Assembly: GCA_965243025.1 (NCBI GenBank)
Contig: CBDETY010000003.1
Location: 1,632,001-1,696,000 of the forward strand
Reading direction: 5' to 3'
DNA length: 64,000 nt
From: Candidatus Latescibacterota bacterium
GTDB taxonomy: Bacteria > Latescibacterota > UBA2968 > UBA8231
Shown: in pieces, positions 30,556 to 40,936 of the stretch
How the letters are laid out: each line of letters opens with the position of its first letter
Numbering within the stretch: position 1 is the stretch's first letter
Notes under the pieces: generated by a model
Database searches by the model: none
The model's input: the letters and a program-made list of their open reading frames with translations, nothing else
Told to the model about the DNA's origin: nothing
Made by a program: the position numbers and the translations under genes

Positions 30556-31434
30556 ATGGGCAGCATCCTGATTCTCTCCGATGACAAGGCGGTCGTCGAG
30601 GACGTCGAGAAGGCGATTTCTCCGGGGAGTCATGCGGTCACGGTTTTGCCCCCCGAGACAGCGACCCTCGACTGCTCAACCAGGGCCAGGGTTGACCTCG
30701 TGTTCCTGAAGGACCGCTCCGGCTCCGTGAATCCGGATTTCCTGGAAACCGTTATCTCCCGGTTTCGTGCCCAGGACATCCCCGTTTTGCTGTTTCGAGA
30801 GTCGGAATCTCCCCAGCAACCGCCAAATCTTGAGGGGACCGTTGGCGACTACCTTTCATTGCCCGTCGACTCAAGCGAGGTCGCCAGGCGGACAGAACTA
30901 TTGCTGAAGGTAAAGCAGCGTCTCGATGAACTGGGTTCAAAGGCCGTTATCGACGAGTTGACCGGGGCTTACAACCGCCGCTATCTCCATGAGCAGCTTA
31001 AGCTGCGCCTGGGAGAAGCGAGGCGCCACCGAACGCCCGTTTCATTCATTCTGTTCGATCTCGATCACTTCAAGAACGTGAACGATTCCCATGGACACCT
31101 GTTCGGAGACACCGTTTTGAAAGGCACCGCCGATTTGGTGAGGCAACTGATCCGCAAGGAAGACCTCCTGGCGCGATACGGCGGGGAAGAGTTCGCCGTG
31201 ATGTTGCCCCATACCGACCGGTCCGGGGCGGCTGTTCTTGCAGAAAGGTTGCGGGAGTCGGCAGCCGGATGCTACCACTCGAACGGGGAGCGAAAAGAGC
31301 GTGTCACGATAAGCCTCGGGGTGGCGTCATTCCCCACAGATGAGGCGGACTCGGTGGAAGAACTGATCGATTGTGCCGACTTGCGTCTTTACAAGGCGAA
31401 GCATTCGGGCCGCAACCGGTCGGTGTTCGATTGA
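30556..31434 (+). CDS. Diguanylate cyclase with degenerate receiver domain
   Basis: DELTGAYNRR, DLDHFKNVNDSHGH..GD, I-site RKED, RYGGEEF. The N-terminal REC-like region lacks the phosphoacceptor Asp (DLVFLK). Confidence 0.92.
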   Translation: MGSILILSDDKAVVEDVEKAISPGSHAVTVLPPETATLDCSTRARVDLVFLKDRSGSVNPDFLETVISRFRAQDIPVLLFRESESPQQPPNLEGTVGDYLSLPVDSSEVARRTELLLKVKQRLDELGSKAVIDELTGAYNRRYLHEQLKLRLGEARRHRTPVSFILFDLDHFKNVNDSHGHLFGDTVLKGTADLVRQLIRKEDLLARYGGEEFAVMLPHTDRSGAAVLAERLRESAAGCYHSNGERKERVTISLGVASFPTDEADSVEELIDCADLRLYKAKHSGRNRSVFD

Positions 31435-31471
31435 GTGCGGCCGCCGGAGCCGGTGGAATTCCCGCCTGAAG

Positions 31472-32086
31472 TCAGCCAGTGGCCTGCTTTCTTTCTTCCA
31501 GTTCGCTAGCGGATTCAAAGATGCCATCGATCAGACCGAAATCCTGCGCTTCATGCGGCGACAGGAAATAATTCCTCTCGGTGACTTCTTCTATCCTTTC
31601 CAGGGGCTGTTCGGAATCCGCTACCAGGATGGCGTTGAGTCTCTGCCGCCAATCCATGATCTCCCGGGCCTGAATCTCCATGTCAGCGGCCTGACCGCCG
31701 ATGCCTCCCCAAGGCTGGTGCAGCATGATTCGCGAATGGGGGAGGGCATGGCGCTTTCCCCTGGCACCTCCGGCCAGTAGAATTGCGCTCATGCTGTACG
31801 CCTGCCCGACACACAAGGTCGCAACGTCGCAGGGGATGTGTTGCATGGTGTCGTAGATGGCAAGTCCGGACGTTATCAGCCCGCCCGGGCTGTTGATGTA
31901 CAGGGAGATGTCCTGGTTGGGGTCTTCCGACGCGAGAAAGAGCAGTTGAGCGATAACGAGATTGGCCTCGCCGTCATCGATCGGCATACCGATGAAAACG
32001 ATGCGCTCCTTCAGCAGTCTGGAGAAGATGTCATAGGCGCGTTCTCCGCGTCCTGTCTGCTCGATGACTACGGGAATTACCGCCAT
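31472..32086 (-). CDS. clpP: ATP-dependent Clp protease proteolytic subunit (catalytic Asp replaced by Asn)
   Basis: [28 protein letters not shown] (Ser), IMLHQP (His), TERNYFL (Asn at the Asp position). Confidence 0.96.
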   Translation of the reverse strand: MAVIPVVIEQTGRGERAYDIFSRLLKERIVFIGMPIDDGEANLVIAQLLFLASEDPNQDISLYINSPGGLITSGLAIYDTMQHIPCDVATLCVGQAYSMSAILLAGGARGKRHALPHSRIMLHQPWGGIGGQAADMEIQAREIMDWRQRLNAILVADSEQPLERIEEVTERNYFLSPHEAQDFGLIDGIFESASELEERKQATG

Positions 32087-32148
32087 GTCGAAAGCTGTGG
32101 TGCGTCCTGTGCTCGGGTGGTTGACAAGCGAAAAAACGATTATTGCGG

Positions 32149-32239
32149 ACGATAGACAGCTGCTGTGCTTCTGTCAACCAGGGCCGATGTCCCCACGCAG
32201 GGTGCTTTGATTGACATCCGGTTCCGCGACACCTAGATT
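32149..32239. promoter_or_regulatory. Divergent sigma70-type promoters (clpP on minus, hflKC on plus)
   Basis: Minus TTGACA-N17-TATCGT (32149-32177); plus TTGACA-N17-TAGATT (32211-32239). Confidence 0.55.
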
Positions 32240-32279
32240 CCCGCTGATTTCAATTCAGACCGAAAGGCAGTGAAAGGCA

Positions 32280-33269
32280 GTGCCGCAGCAGTTCGACTTT
32301 CCCAAGGCTTCCGTACCTTCGCTGAAGCTGAACCCCCGAACCGTTTACCTCGTCGTCGGTGTTCTCTTCGGACTCTGGCTTCTCAGTGGAATCTACACCG
32401 TAGCGCCCGACGAGAAAGCGGTCGTCCTCCGTTTCGGCAAGCTGCATTCCGTCGTCGATCCGGGGTTGCACTACCACCTGCCGTCGCCGATCGAAAACCG
32501 CATCACAAGATCGGTTACACAGGTGTACCGCGAGGAAATCGGATTCCGAACCATCGACCCGGGGCCCCCTGCGCGCTACACAGCCAAGCCCAAGGAATCG
32601 CTGATGCTGACAGGGGATGAGAACATCGTCGATGTCGAGATGGTGGTTCAGTACCGCGTTTCCAGCGTCGTCGATGCTCTCTTCAGTGTTTCCGGCTTGG
32701 GGGTTTTCGAGGGCCGCAGTGCGGGCCTGGTGCACGATGCCTGCGAAGCCGCACTCAGGCAGGTGGTGGGTCGCCATCGGATCGACGAAGCGTTGACGGA
32801 AGGCAAGCTCCGCATCCAGACCGAAATCCATGAAAAACTCCAGGAGCTGTTCGACCGCTACCAGTGCGGACTGTCCGTGGAATCCGTGCAGTTGCAGACG
32901 GTCGGCCCCCCGGCTCAGGTCGACGACGCCTTCAAGGATGTCGCCAGCGCCAAGGAGGACCGCGAGCGCCTTGTGAATGAAGCAAGGGGTTACCAGAACG
33001 ACGTCATTCCCAAGGCCAGGGGTGAAGCACAACGCCGGATCAAGGAAGCCGAGGCGTACAAAGTCGAACGCATTCGCCGTGCCCAGGGCGATGCGGACCG
33101 TTTCCGAGCCGTTTATGCTGAATACAGGAAAGCTCCGTCTGTTACGGAGAAGCGTCTTTATCTCGAGACAATGGAAACGATTCTTCCGGGCCTGAAGAAG
33201 TACATCATCAAATCCGACAAGAAGGGCGGGCTCCTCAACATCCTCAACCTCGATCAGTCCAGGAATTAG
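32280..33269 (+). CDS. hflK: FtsH protease modulator HflK
   Basis: SGIYTV..DE.AVVLRFG, MLTGDENIVDV, PP.QV.DAF.DV..AKED, PKARGEA, RLYLETME. Confidence 0.95.
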   Translation: MPQQFDFPKASVPSLKLNPRTVYLVVGVLFGLWLLSGIYTVAPDEKAVVLRFGKLHSVVDPGLHYHLPSPIENRITRSVTQVYREEIGFRTIDPGPPARYTAKPKESLMLTGDENIVDVEMVVQYRVSSVVDALFSVSGLGVFEGRSAGLVHDACEAALRQVVGRHRIDEALTEGKLRIQTEIHEKLQELFDRYQCGLSVESVQLQTVGPPAQVDDAFKDVASAKEDRERLVNEARGYQNDVIPKARGEAQRRIKEAEAYKVERIRRAQGDADRFRAVYAEYRKAPSVTEKRLYLETMETILPGLKKYIIKSDKKGGLLNILNLDQSRN

Positions 33270-33289
33270 CAGAGGAAGAGCATAGGACC

Positions 33290-34147
33290 ATGCGTTCCGC
33301 CGCCGCCCTCGTCATCGCGATTGCCGTCGCCGTGTTTGGCGCCAATCTCGTCCTTTTCACCGTTACCGAGATCCAGCAGGCCGTCGTCACCCAGTTCGGT
33401 GAACCTGTCAGAGTAATTACCGAGCCAGGGTTGCATTTCAAGTTTCCGAATCCGGTTCAGAAGGTCAACTATTTCGACAAGCGCCTTCTCGACTACGACG
33501 CCAATCCGGACCCGATCTATACCAAGGACAAAAAAATCCTTCTTCTCGACAATTACGCCCGCTGGCGGATTGTCGACCCCTTGGTGTTTATGAGGGCGCT
33601 CCGAACCGTTGACGAGGCCACGGCACGTCTGGACGATATCGTATTCTCGGAGCTGCGCAAAGAGCTGGGTCAGCACGAGCTTTCTGAAGTGATCGCGACA
33701 AACCGCGAGACGATCATGCGTGAGGTGACCTCGCGATCGGCTGAAGCAGCCCGTCCGTACGGGATCGAGGTTCTCGATGTGCGCGTCAAGAGGGCGGACT
33801 TGCCGCCTGAGAACGAGGCGTTCGTGTTCAGCCGCATGAGAGCCGAGCGCGAGCGGGAAGCGAAGGCCTACCGGGCCGAGGGCGAGGAGCAGGCACTGAA
33901 GATTCGCGCCGAGACCGATCTCGAGGCGGCCAGTATCAGCGCTGAAGCGTATGAACATTCCCAGAGAATCCGCGGCGAAGGTGATGCGGAAGCCCTCAAG
34001 ATCTATGCCGGCGCGTACAAGAACGCCGGCAAGTTCTACGAGTTCACCCGCACTCTCGAGGCGTATGAAAAGTCCCTCACCGAGAACACCGTCCTCGTGC
34101 AACCTCTCGACACCGAGTTCTTCAAGTTCCTTCAAGGACGAGATTGA
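33290..34147 (+). CDS. hflC: FtsH protease modulator HflC
   Basis: AVVTQFG.P, PGLHFK.P, T.DKK....D.Y.RWRI.DP, GIEV.DVRVKR.DLP, RM.AER.R.A, FYEF.R.LEAY. Confidence 0.95.
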   Translation: MRSAAALVIAIAVAVFGANLVLFTVTEIQQAVVTQFGEPVRVITEPGLHFKFPNPVQKVNYFDKRLLDYDANPDPIYTKDKKILLLDNYARWRIVDPLVFMRALRTVDEATARLDDIVFSELRKELGQHELSEVIATNRETIMREVTSRSAEAARPYGIEVLDVRVKRADLPPENEAFVFSRMRAEREREAKAYRAEGEEQALKIRAETDLEAASISAEAYEHSQRIRGEGDAEALKIYAGAYKNAGKFYEFTRTLEAYEKSLTENTVLVQPLDTEFFKFLQGRD

Positions 34148-34250
34148 GGCGACCAGCCCCTGGTTCGCCTTTTCTTTTTCCGATCTTCCTTCCGGCAGTT
34201 ACTCCTGGGGTTCAGCCCAAACCGCCCGGTGAGACGGCGATTGCGCGGCG

Positions 34251-34853
34251 ATGCCGGTCCAGCTTGTCGGAATCACGGGGAACATTGGCGCTGGCAAGTC
34301 GACTTTTTCTGCAATGCTCGCCAGAAGGGGAGCTCTTGTAGTTGATGCCGACCGCGTTGCCCACGAGGTACTCGACTGCCCCGAAGTAGTCGAAGCGGTT
34401 ACCCATTCCTTCGGTTCCGGAATCCTGAATCCCGGAGGGGGTGTCGATCGCGCAAAGCTCGGAAGGGTGGTTTTCTCCGATCCCGGCAAGCTGCAGATTT
34501 TGACCGACATTCTGCGCCCGGTGCTGGAACCCGAACTCTGGAACAGAGTCGATTTCTGCAGGCGAGCCACCCGGGAGCCGGGAGCGGTCATACTCGATGC
34601 CCCTCTGATCCTGGAGTGGGGAGTGCAGGATCGGTTCGACCTGCTGGTCGTCCTGGTGGCGGACCAGTCGGTGGTGGGTGACCGCCTGGCGTCGCGTCGC
34701 GGCACAAGCGAGGAAGAGGTCGCCAGACGAACCCGGGCGCAAGCGCCGGAGGCGGAAAAGGTCGCTGCCGCAGATATCGTGGTCGACAACAGCGGCACCC
34801 TGGCAGAGCTCGAGAAAGCCGCCCGTGACCTGTGGAAAAAGGTAGCCATTTGA
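34251..34853 (+). CDS. coaE: Dephospho-CoA kinase
   Basis: VGITGNIGAGKST, DADRVAH, DRAKLG..VF, D.PL..E, AD.V.DNSG. Confidence 0.93.
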   Translation: MPVQLVGITGNIGAGKSTFSAMLARRGALVVDADRVAHEVLDCPEVVEAVTHSFGSGILNPGGGVDRAKLGRVVFSDPGKLQILTDILRPVLEPELWNRVDFCRRATREPGAVILDAPLILEWGVQDRFDLLVVLVADQSVVGDRLASRRGTSEEEVARRTRAQAPEAEKVAAADIVVDNSGTLAELEKAARDLWKKVAI

Positions 34854-35965
34854 AAACGACGGTCCTGAGGGAAACCCATCTTGCCGAGTCGGCAAGGATG
34901 GTCCCATTCAACGGCTGGGAAATGCCGGTTCAGTATCGCGGCATCGGTCATGAACACCTCGCCGTCCGTTCCGGAGTCGGGATTTTTGATGTCAGCCACA
35001 TGGGTCAGCTGCATATCGCTGGGCATGGATGCGTCGAGTTCCTGAAATACCTGCTTCCTGTCGATGCAAGCAGGATACGCGTCGGGGCGATGAAGTACGC
35101 GGTCATGTGCAATGAGCATGGCGGCGCAATAGACGACCTGGCTGTCTACCGCCATGGTGAGAGGGAGTTCCTCCTCGTGGTAAACGCCGGTCGAATCGAC
35201 GCGGACCTCGAGTGGATTCGAGGGGTTGCCCGCGGCACGGAGACCGTCGTCGAGGACCGAAGCGCAGCCACCGGAATGGTCGCCATCCAGGGTCCCGAAG
35301 CGGAAGCTGCAGTCGCCGCTATCGCAGGCCCCGGAGTAGTGGAGCTGGGTTACTTCCACTTCGCATCCTTCTCCTTTTGCGGAGCGGATCTCCTTGTCAG
35401 CCGTAGCGGATACACTGGAGAAGACGGCTTTGAAATCATGTGTCCTGTTGCCCTGACCCCGGAACTGTGGGGCGCCGCCCGAAACCTCGGGGCCACGCCC
35501 GCCGGGCTAGGGGCCCGGGATACCCTGCGCACGGAGATGGGGTACTGCCTGTACGGGCACGAGCTGGACGAGGGAATCACCCCGCTGGAGGCAGGTCTCG
35601 ACCGCATCCTCGGTCTCGACGCGAGCCGGGACAGGGATTTCATCGGCCGCCAAGCGCTTCTCGCGCTTCGCAATCGGGGAGGCTACAGACAGTTGATCGG
35701 TCTGACCGTGAAAGGGCGGGGGGTGCCCCGCCCCGGACATGAGGTCCTGGCCGACCGGCAGGGGGTGGGCTCGGTCTCGAGTGGTACCTATTCGCCGAGC
35801 TTGCGGAGAGGCATCGCCCTGGCTTTCGTCGACCCGGCCGCTGCTGCTTGCGGACCGCTCCAGGTCGACATCAGGGGAAACCTCCAGCCAGCTGAGGTAA
35901 CGCCGCTGCCGATGGTTCCGAGCCGGGTACGAACGCGGCGGAAGAAGAAAAACCCGGATGGGTAG
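34850..35965 (+). CDS. gcvT: Glycine cleavage system aminomethyltransferase T
   Basis: [58 protein letters not shown]. Confidence 0.96.
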   Translation: MKTTVLRETHLAESARMVPFNGWEMPVQYRGIGHEHLAVRSGVGIFDVSHMGQLHIAGHGCVEFLKYLLPVDASRIRVGAMKYAVMCNEHGGAIDDLAVYRHGEREFLLVVNAGRIDADLEWIRGVARGTETVVEDRSAATGMVAIQGPEAEAAVAAIAGPGVVELGYFHFASFSFCGADLLVSRSGYTGEDGFEIMCPVALTPELWGAARNLGATPAGLGARDTLRTEMGYCLYGHELDEGITPLEAGLDRILGLDASRDRDFIGRQALLALRNRGGYRQLIGLTVKGRGVPRPGHEVLADRQGVGSVSSGTYSPSLRRGIALAFVDPAAAACGPLQVDIRGNLQPAEVTPLPMVPSRVRTRRKKKNPDG

Positions 35966-38888
35966 TCCCCTTTCAGCAACCACCACAGGAGGCGCCGCCG
36001 GTTCGAAGAGCGCCCCCTTTTCCCGCCGGCATATAGGTCCCAGTCCACGGGACCAGGAGCAGATGCTGCACAGCCTCGGGATCGACCGCCTCGATGAACT
36101 GATTGAAGAAACCATCCCGGCCGCCATTCGTTCAGCGCAGGAACTCCCGTTCCGGGAGGCGGTCAGCGAAAGAGGTCTCCTCGGGGAACTGGAGGAGGTC
36201 TCACGTCAGAACGAGAGGGTGCGCTCCTTCATCGGCACCGGGTACGCAAACTGTGTCACTCCCCCCGTCATCCAGCGCAACATCCTCGAAAACCCCGCCT
36301 GGTACACCCAGTACACGCCGTACCAATCCGAGATCGCACAGGGAAGGCTGGAAGCGCTGTTGAACTTTCAGACGATGATATGCGATCTCACCGGCCTGGA
36401 GCTCGCCAACGCCTCCCTGCTTGACGAGGGCACCGCTGCCGCCGAGGCGATGGCAATGATGAAAAGGCATCAGCGCAGGAACCGGTCACAGGCATTTTTC
36501 GTGTCCTCTGCCTGCCACCCGCAGACCAGGGCCGTCCTGCGAACCAGGGCCCGGCCCCTTCGGATCGAAATAACCGAAGGGGATCACCGGAGCTTCGATT
36601 TCGGTGCGCATCCTGTTTTCGGCTGCCTCCTGCAGTACCCCGCGACCGACGGCGCACTGTGCGACTACCGGGAATTCTGCTCCCGCGCCCACGAGGAAGG
36701 CGCCCTCGTGGCCGTCGCCGCCGAACTGCTGGCGCTTGCCCTGCTGACGCCGCCGGGTGAATTCGGCGCCGACGTCGCCGTCGGCAGCGCCCAGCGCTTC
36801 GGAATGCCGATGGGGTACGGAGGTCCGCACCCCGCCTACCTGGCCGCGAGGGAAGAATTCAGGCGCCAGGTACCGGGCCGCATCATCGGCGTATCCCGGG
36901 ATGCAAGGGGCAGCAGGGCGCTGAGAATGGCCCTGCAGACCCGCGAGCAGCACATCCGCCGGGAGTCGGCGACCAGCAACATCTGCACCGCACAGGTTCT
37001 CCCCGCGGTGGTGGCCTCATTCTTTGCCGTCTACCACGGTCCCGAGGGCTTGCGCGCCATAGCTTCGAGGATTCACCGCCTGACCGCCTGGCTCGGTCGG
37101 GAGGCCGAGCGGCACGGGTATCGCGTCGTCCACCGCCAGTTCTTCGACACCATCCGCCTGCAGGCCGAAGGCTGCGGGATCGACGCCGCCGTGGACCGCG
37201 CCCGGACCCGGGGAATCGAGGTGCGCCGGCTCGACGACGAGAACATCTGCATAACCCTCGACGAGACTACCCGGCCTGAAGATGTCGACGAGCTGGCAGC
37301 CGTCCTCGCGAATGCATGCGCCAGGGAACCCCGGAGCGCTGGGGCACCTGAGCTGGGTTGCGGCCCCCCTGCCTGGGAATCGGGCCTGTTGCGGCAAAGC
37401 CCCTACCTGACCCACCCGGTGTTTCACTCCTATCGCTCGGAGACCGAGCTGTTGCGCTACATGCGCCGGCTCGATGCCCGCGATCTTTCGCTGACCACCT
37501 CGATGATCCCGCTGGGGTCGTGCACAATGAAACTGAATGCGACCGCGGAGATGATGCCGATCACCTGGCCCGCGTTTGCCGACGTTCACCCCTTCTCCCC
37601 GGTGGAAAAAAACCTGGGGTACCGGCGGATCTTCACCGACCTGGAGGAAATGCTCTGCGATATCACCGGCCTTGCAGCCGTCTCCCTGCAGCCGAACGCG
37701 GGCTCACAAGGGGAGTACGCGGGACTGCTGGTGATTTCCAGGTATCACGAAACCCGGTCCCGGGGCCGGCGGGACGTCTGTCTGATTCCCGCCTCCGCTC
37801 ACGGCACCAACCCCGCTTCGGCGGCGTTGGCCGGCCTGACCGTGGTCGTCGTCGCATGCGACGAGGAGGGCAACATAGATCTGGCAGATCTGCGAACCAA
37901 AGCGGATGCCCATGCCGACCGGCTCGGAGCCTTGATGGTGACCTATCCGTCGACCCACGGGGTATTCGAGGAAGGAATCGGGGAGATCTGCGAGATCGTT
38001 CACGACCGCGGCGGCCAGGTTTACATGGACGGGGCCAACATGAATGCCATGGTCGGCCTGTGCCGGCCCGGGGATTTCGGAGTGGACGTCTGTCACCTCA
38101 ACCTGCACAAGACGTTCTGCATCCCGCACGGGGGCGGAGGGCCGGGGATGGGGCCGATAGCGGTGGCGGCACACCTTCGTGGCTTTCTTCCCGGACATCC
38201 CGTAGTTCCCGTGGGCGGCGCCGGGGCGATCGGGCCTGTCGCATCAGCCCCCTGGAGCAGCGCTCTTATCCTCCTGATTTCGTGGGCCTACCTGCGGCTG
38301 ATGGGAAGCCCGGGCCTGCGCAACGCCACCGAGGTCGCCATACTCAACGCCAACTACGTGGCGGCGAGGCTCGACCCGCATTACCCGGTCCTGTTCCGCG
38401 GCTCCAACGGGCGCGTAGCGCACGAGGCGATTCTCGACCTGCGGTCCTTCAGGGCCGTGGGAATCGAGGTGGACGACGTGGCCAAGCGTCTGATGGACTA
38501 CGGCTTTCACGCCCCCACTGTCCATTTCCCGGTTCCGGGGACGATGATGGTCGAACCGACCGAGAGCGAATCGAAGGCGGAGCTGGACCGTTTCTGCGAC
38601 GCCATGATCGCAATCCGAGCGGAGATCGCCGAGATCGAGAATGGGAAGGCGGACCCGCAGGACAACCTCCTGAAGAACGCCCCGCATACCCTCGACATGA
38701 TCCTGGCCGACGAATGGGGCCACTCGTACAACCGTGAGCGCGCCTGCCGGCCGGCCCCGTGGACGAGGAACCACAAGTTCTGGCCGGCGGTCGCCCGCGT
38801 CGACAACGCCGCCGGAGACCGGAATCTCGTCTGCACCTGTCCGCCGGTTGAAGCGTACTCGGACCCGGAGCCGGGGGGGGCTCCGTGA
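35958..38888 (+). CDS. gcvP: Glycine dehydrogenase (decarboxylating), single-chain
   Basis: [70 protein letters not shown]. Confidence 0.98.
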   Translation: MGSPLSATTTGGAAGSKSAPFSRRHIGPSPRDQEQMLHSLGIDRLDELIEETIPAAIRSAQELPFREAVSERGLLGELEEVSRQNERVRSFIGTGYANCVTPPVIQRNILENPAWYTQYTPYQSEIAQGRLEALLNFQTMICDLTGLELANASLLDEGTAAAEAMAMMKRHQRRNRSQAFFVSSACHPQTRAVLRTRARPLRIEITEGDHRSFDFGAHPVFGCLLQYPATDGALCDYREFCSRAHEEGALVAVAAELLALALLTPPGEFGADVAVGSAQRFGMPMGYGGPHPAYLAAREEFRRQVPGRIIGVSRDARGSRALRMALQTREQHIRRESATSNICTAQVLPAVVASFFAVYHGPEGLRAIASRIHRLTAWLGREAERHGYRVVHRQFFDTIRLQAEGCGIDAAVDRARTRGIEVRRLDDENICITLDETTRPEDVDELAAVLANACAREPRSAGAPELGCGPPAWESGLLRQSPYLTHPVFHSYRSETELLRYMRRLDARDLSLTTSMIPLGSCTMKLNATAEMMPITWPAFADVHPFSPVEKNLGYRRIFTDLEEMLCDITGLAAVSLQPNAGSQGEYAGLLVISRYHETRSRGRRDVCLIPASAHGTNPASAALAGLTVVVVACDEEGNIDLADLRTKADAHADRLGALMVTYPSTHGVFEEGIGEICEIVHDRGGQVYMDGANMNAMVGLCRPGDFGVDVCHLNLHKTFCIPHGGGGPGMGPIAVAAHLRGFLPGHPVVPVGGAGAIGPVASAPWSSALILLISWAYLRLMGSPGLRNATEVAILNANYVAARLDPHYPVLFRGSNGRVAHEAILDLRSFRAVGIEVDDVAKRLMDYGFHAPTVHFPVPGTMMVEPTESESKAELDRFCDAMIAIRAEIAEIENGKADPQDNLLKNAPHTLDMILADEWGHSYNRERACRPAPWTRNHKFWPAVARVDNAAGDRNLVCTCPPVEAYSDPEPGGAP

Positions 38889-39859
38889 ACCGGAAAAGCG
38901 CCTTGATAACGGGTATCACCGGCCAGGACGGATCCTACCTCGCCGAGTTCCTGCTGGCTCGGGATTACCGGGTGTTCGGGCTGATTCGCCGAAGCAGCAC
39001 GGTCAATTTCGAGCGCATAGCCCACATTCAGGACGAAATCGAGGTTCTTTCGGGGGACTTGCTGGACGAAAATTCCCTTCAGGGAGCAATACAGGAAGCG
39101 CGGGCCGACGAGGTCTACAACCTCGGAGCGCAGTCGTTCGTGCCGGTGTCATGGGAGCAACCCCTTCTCACCGGCGAGATCAACGGACTGGGTGTGACCC
39201 GGCTCCTGGAGGCGATCCGCAGCGTCGACAGGAACATCCGCTTCTACCAGGCCAGCAGCAGCGAGCTGTTCGGACAGGTTCGCGAAACCCCCCAGAACGA
39301 AACCACCCCCTTCCATCCGCGTTCTCCCTACGCGGTCTCCAAGCTCTACGCCCACTGGATCACGATCAACTACCGTGAATCCTACGGCATGCACTGCTGT
39401 GCGGGTATCCTGTTCAACCACGAATCGCCGCGGCGCGGCCTGGAGTTCGTTTCGAGAAAAGTGACCCGCGGTGTGGCGCGGATAAAGCATGGACTGGCGG
39501 ATCAGCTCGCACTCGGGAATCTCGACTCCCGCCGCGATTGGGGGTTCGCCGGTGATTACGTCGAAGCGATGTGGCTGATGCTGCAACAGGAGAAGCCGCG
39601 GGATTTCGTCATCGCCACCGGTGTCGACCACTCGATCCGGGACTTCTGCCAGGTCGCCTTCGCCTGCGCCGGACTTCACTGGGAGGACCATGTAGTGGTC
39701 GATGAGAAATTCATGCGCCCCGCCGACGTCGAGATCCTTCGCGGCGATGCCGGCAATGCCCGCCGCGTTCTCGGGTGGCAGGCCAGGACCAGCTTCGAGG
39801 AGATGGTGCGCATGATGGTCGACAGCGACCTGGAAGCGGTCGGCCGTGAAACCCGCTGA
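38885..39859 (+). CDS. gmd: GDP-mannose 4,6-dehydratase
   Basis: [58 protein letters not shown]. Confidence 0.96.
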   Translation: MNRKSALITGITGQDGSYLAEFLLARDYRVFGLIRRSSTVNFERIAHIQDEIEVLSGDLLDENSLQGAIQEARADEVYNLGAQSFVPVSWEQPLLTGEINGLGVTRLLEAIRSVDRNIRFYQASSSELFGQVRETPQNETTPFHPRSPYAVSKLYAHWITINYRESYGMHCCAGILFNHESPRRGLEFVSRKVTRGVARIKHGLADQLALGNLDSRRDWGFAGDYVEAMWLMLQQEKPRDFVIATGVDHSIRDFCQVAFACAGLHWEDHVVVDEKFMRPADVEILRGDAGNARRVLGWQARTSFEEMVRMMVDSDLEAVGRETR

Positions 39860-40081
39860 CATTCCGCCCGTCTGGCGAATCGCCTGCTGCTGCCTTCCCG
39901 GGCTGACCGCCTGCCAGGGAGATCCCGCGGTCACCCGGCAGGAAGTGCGCACCACCCTCGGGGTTCCCGGGCTTCGCAACCCCCTTGCGGCGCAGCTGGT
40001 GTCGCGCTGGAAGAACGGACGGTATCCGGGTCCGTTTCCAGGGCCGGCGGGGAGACTTCAGCCCGGCGCTGGTCTGGCCGC

Positions 40082-40870
40082 TCAGACGCCCCTTCTCAAT
40101 CCCTGCGAAAACTTCCTTACCTGGCCGCAGATGCGATGAATCACCATGGCGTCGCGCCGCTCCAGAGGGGTCCGGGTCAGGAAACGCCGCAGCACCCGGG
40201 CGAAGGTTCCCGGATCGTCGTTGTACGCCTTGAAGCCGATGGCCGCCATGGTATCCAGGACATTGCGGATAACGCGCTCGGTCTGTTCCGCGGTGGCCAG
40301 GGAAAGCTGCGGAGAACCCGGCTCAGGCCCGCCGGATTTCTCGCTCCCCGCCGCGTGAAAGAGCTCGTAGGCGACCAGCAGCACGGCGTGGGAAAGGTTG
40401 AACGAGGGGTAGGGAACAGCCGCGGGAATGCGCAGCAGCCAGTGGCATTGCTCGAGTTCCCGCGACCACAATCCGTCGCGCTCGCGCCCGAAAACCAGGG
40501 CGACCCGATGGCTTCCCGCGCAATCGCAGGCTCTGGCAAGCAGGCCGCGATAATCGTCCTCCAGCTCCCGCAGGCGGCCGGCGCGGCAGGTGGTCCCGAT
40601 TACGAGATTGGCGTGCCGGACGGCGGCTCTCAAGTCGGGGAAAACAGTGCAGTTGTCCAGGATTTCCCCGGAGGCATGCGCCATCCACCTGGTCTCGGGA
40701 AGATCCCAGTTGCCGGGATTGACAAGTGACAGCTGCCCGATTCCGGTGTTCTTGAGCACCCGGGCGACCGCTCCGATGTTGCCGGGCGATCCCGGCTCGA
40801 CCAGGACCACCGAGATGTTGCCGAGAGGAGGGCCCGGCGGCCTTTCTTCCGTCGTCGAATCGGATTCCAT
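40082..40870 (-). CDS. trmJ: tRNA 2'-O-methyltransferase, TrmJ/YjtD/LasT (SPOUT) family
   Basis: VLVEP..PGNIGAVAR..KN.G, ALVFGRERDGL, YPSFNLSHAV...YE. Confidence 0.88.
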   Translation of the reverse strand: MESDSTTEERPPGPPLGNISVVLVEPGSPGNIGAVARVLKNTGIGQLSLVNPGNWDLPETRWMAHASGEILDNCTVFPDLRAAVRHANLVIGTTCRAGRLRELEDDYRGLLARACDCAGSHRVALVFGRERDGLWSRELEQCHWLLRIPAAVPYPSFNLSHAVLLVAYELFHAAGSEKSGGPEPGSPQLSLATAEQTERVIRNVLDTMAAIGFKAYNDDPGTFARVLRRFLTRTPLERRDAMVIHRICGQVRKFSQGLRRGV

Positions 40871-40936
40871 GGCGGTTTCGAAGTTGGATGGGCGTCGTGG
40901 TTTCCCGAAGCTACGGCAGGGCCGGGGCGGGGCAAA

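Noticed and set aside
39846-40139. Possible small lipoprotein ORF (…LTAC…) after gmd
   Set aside because: Weak signal peptide, overlaps convergent trmJ, and no recognisable homology.
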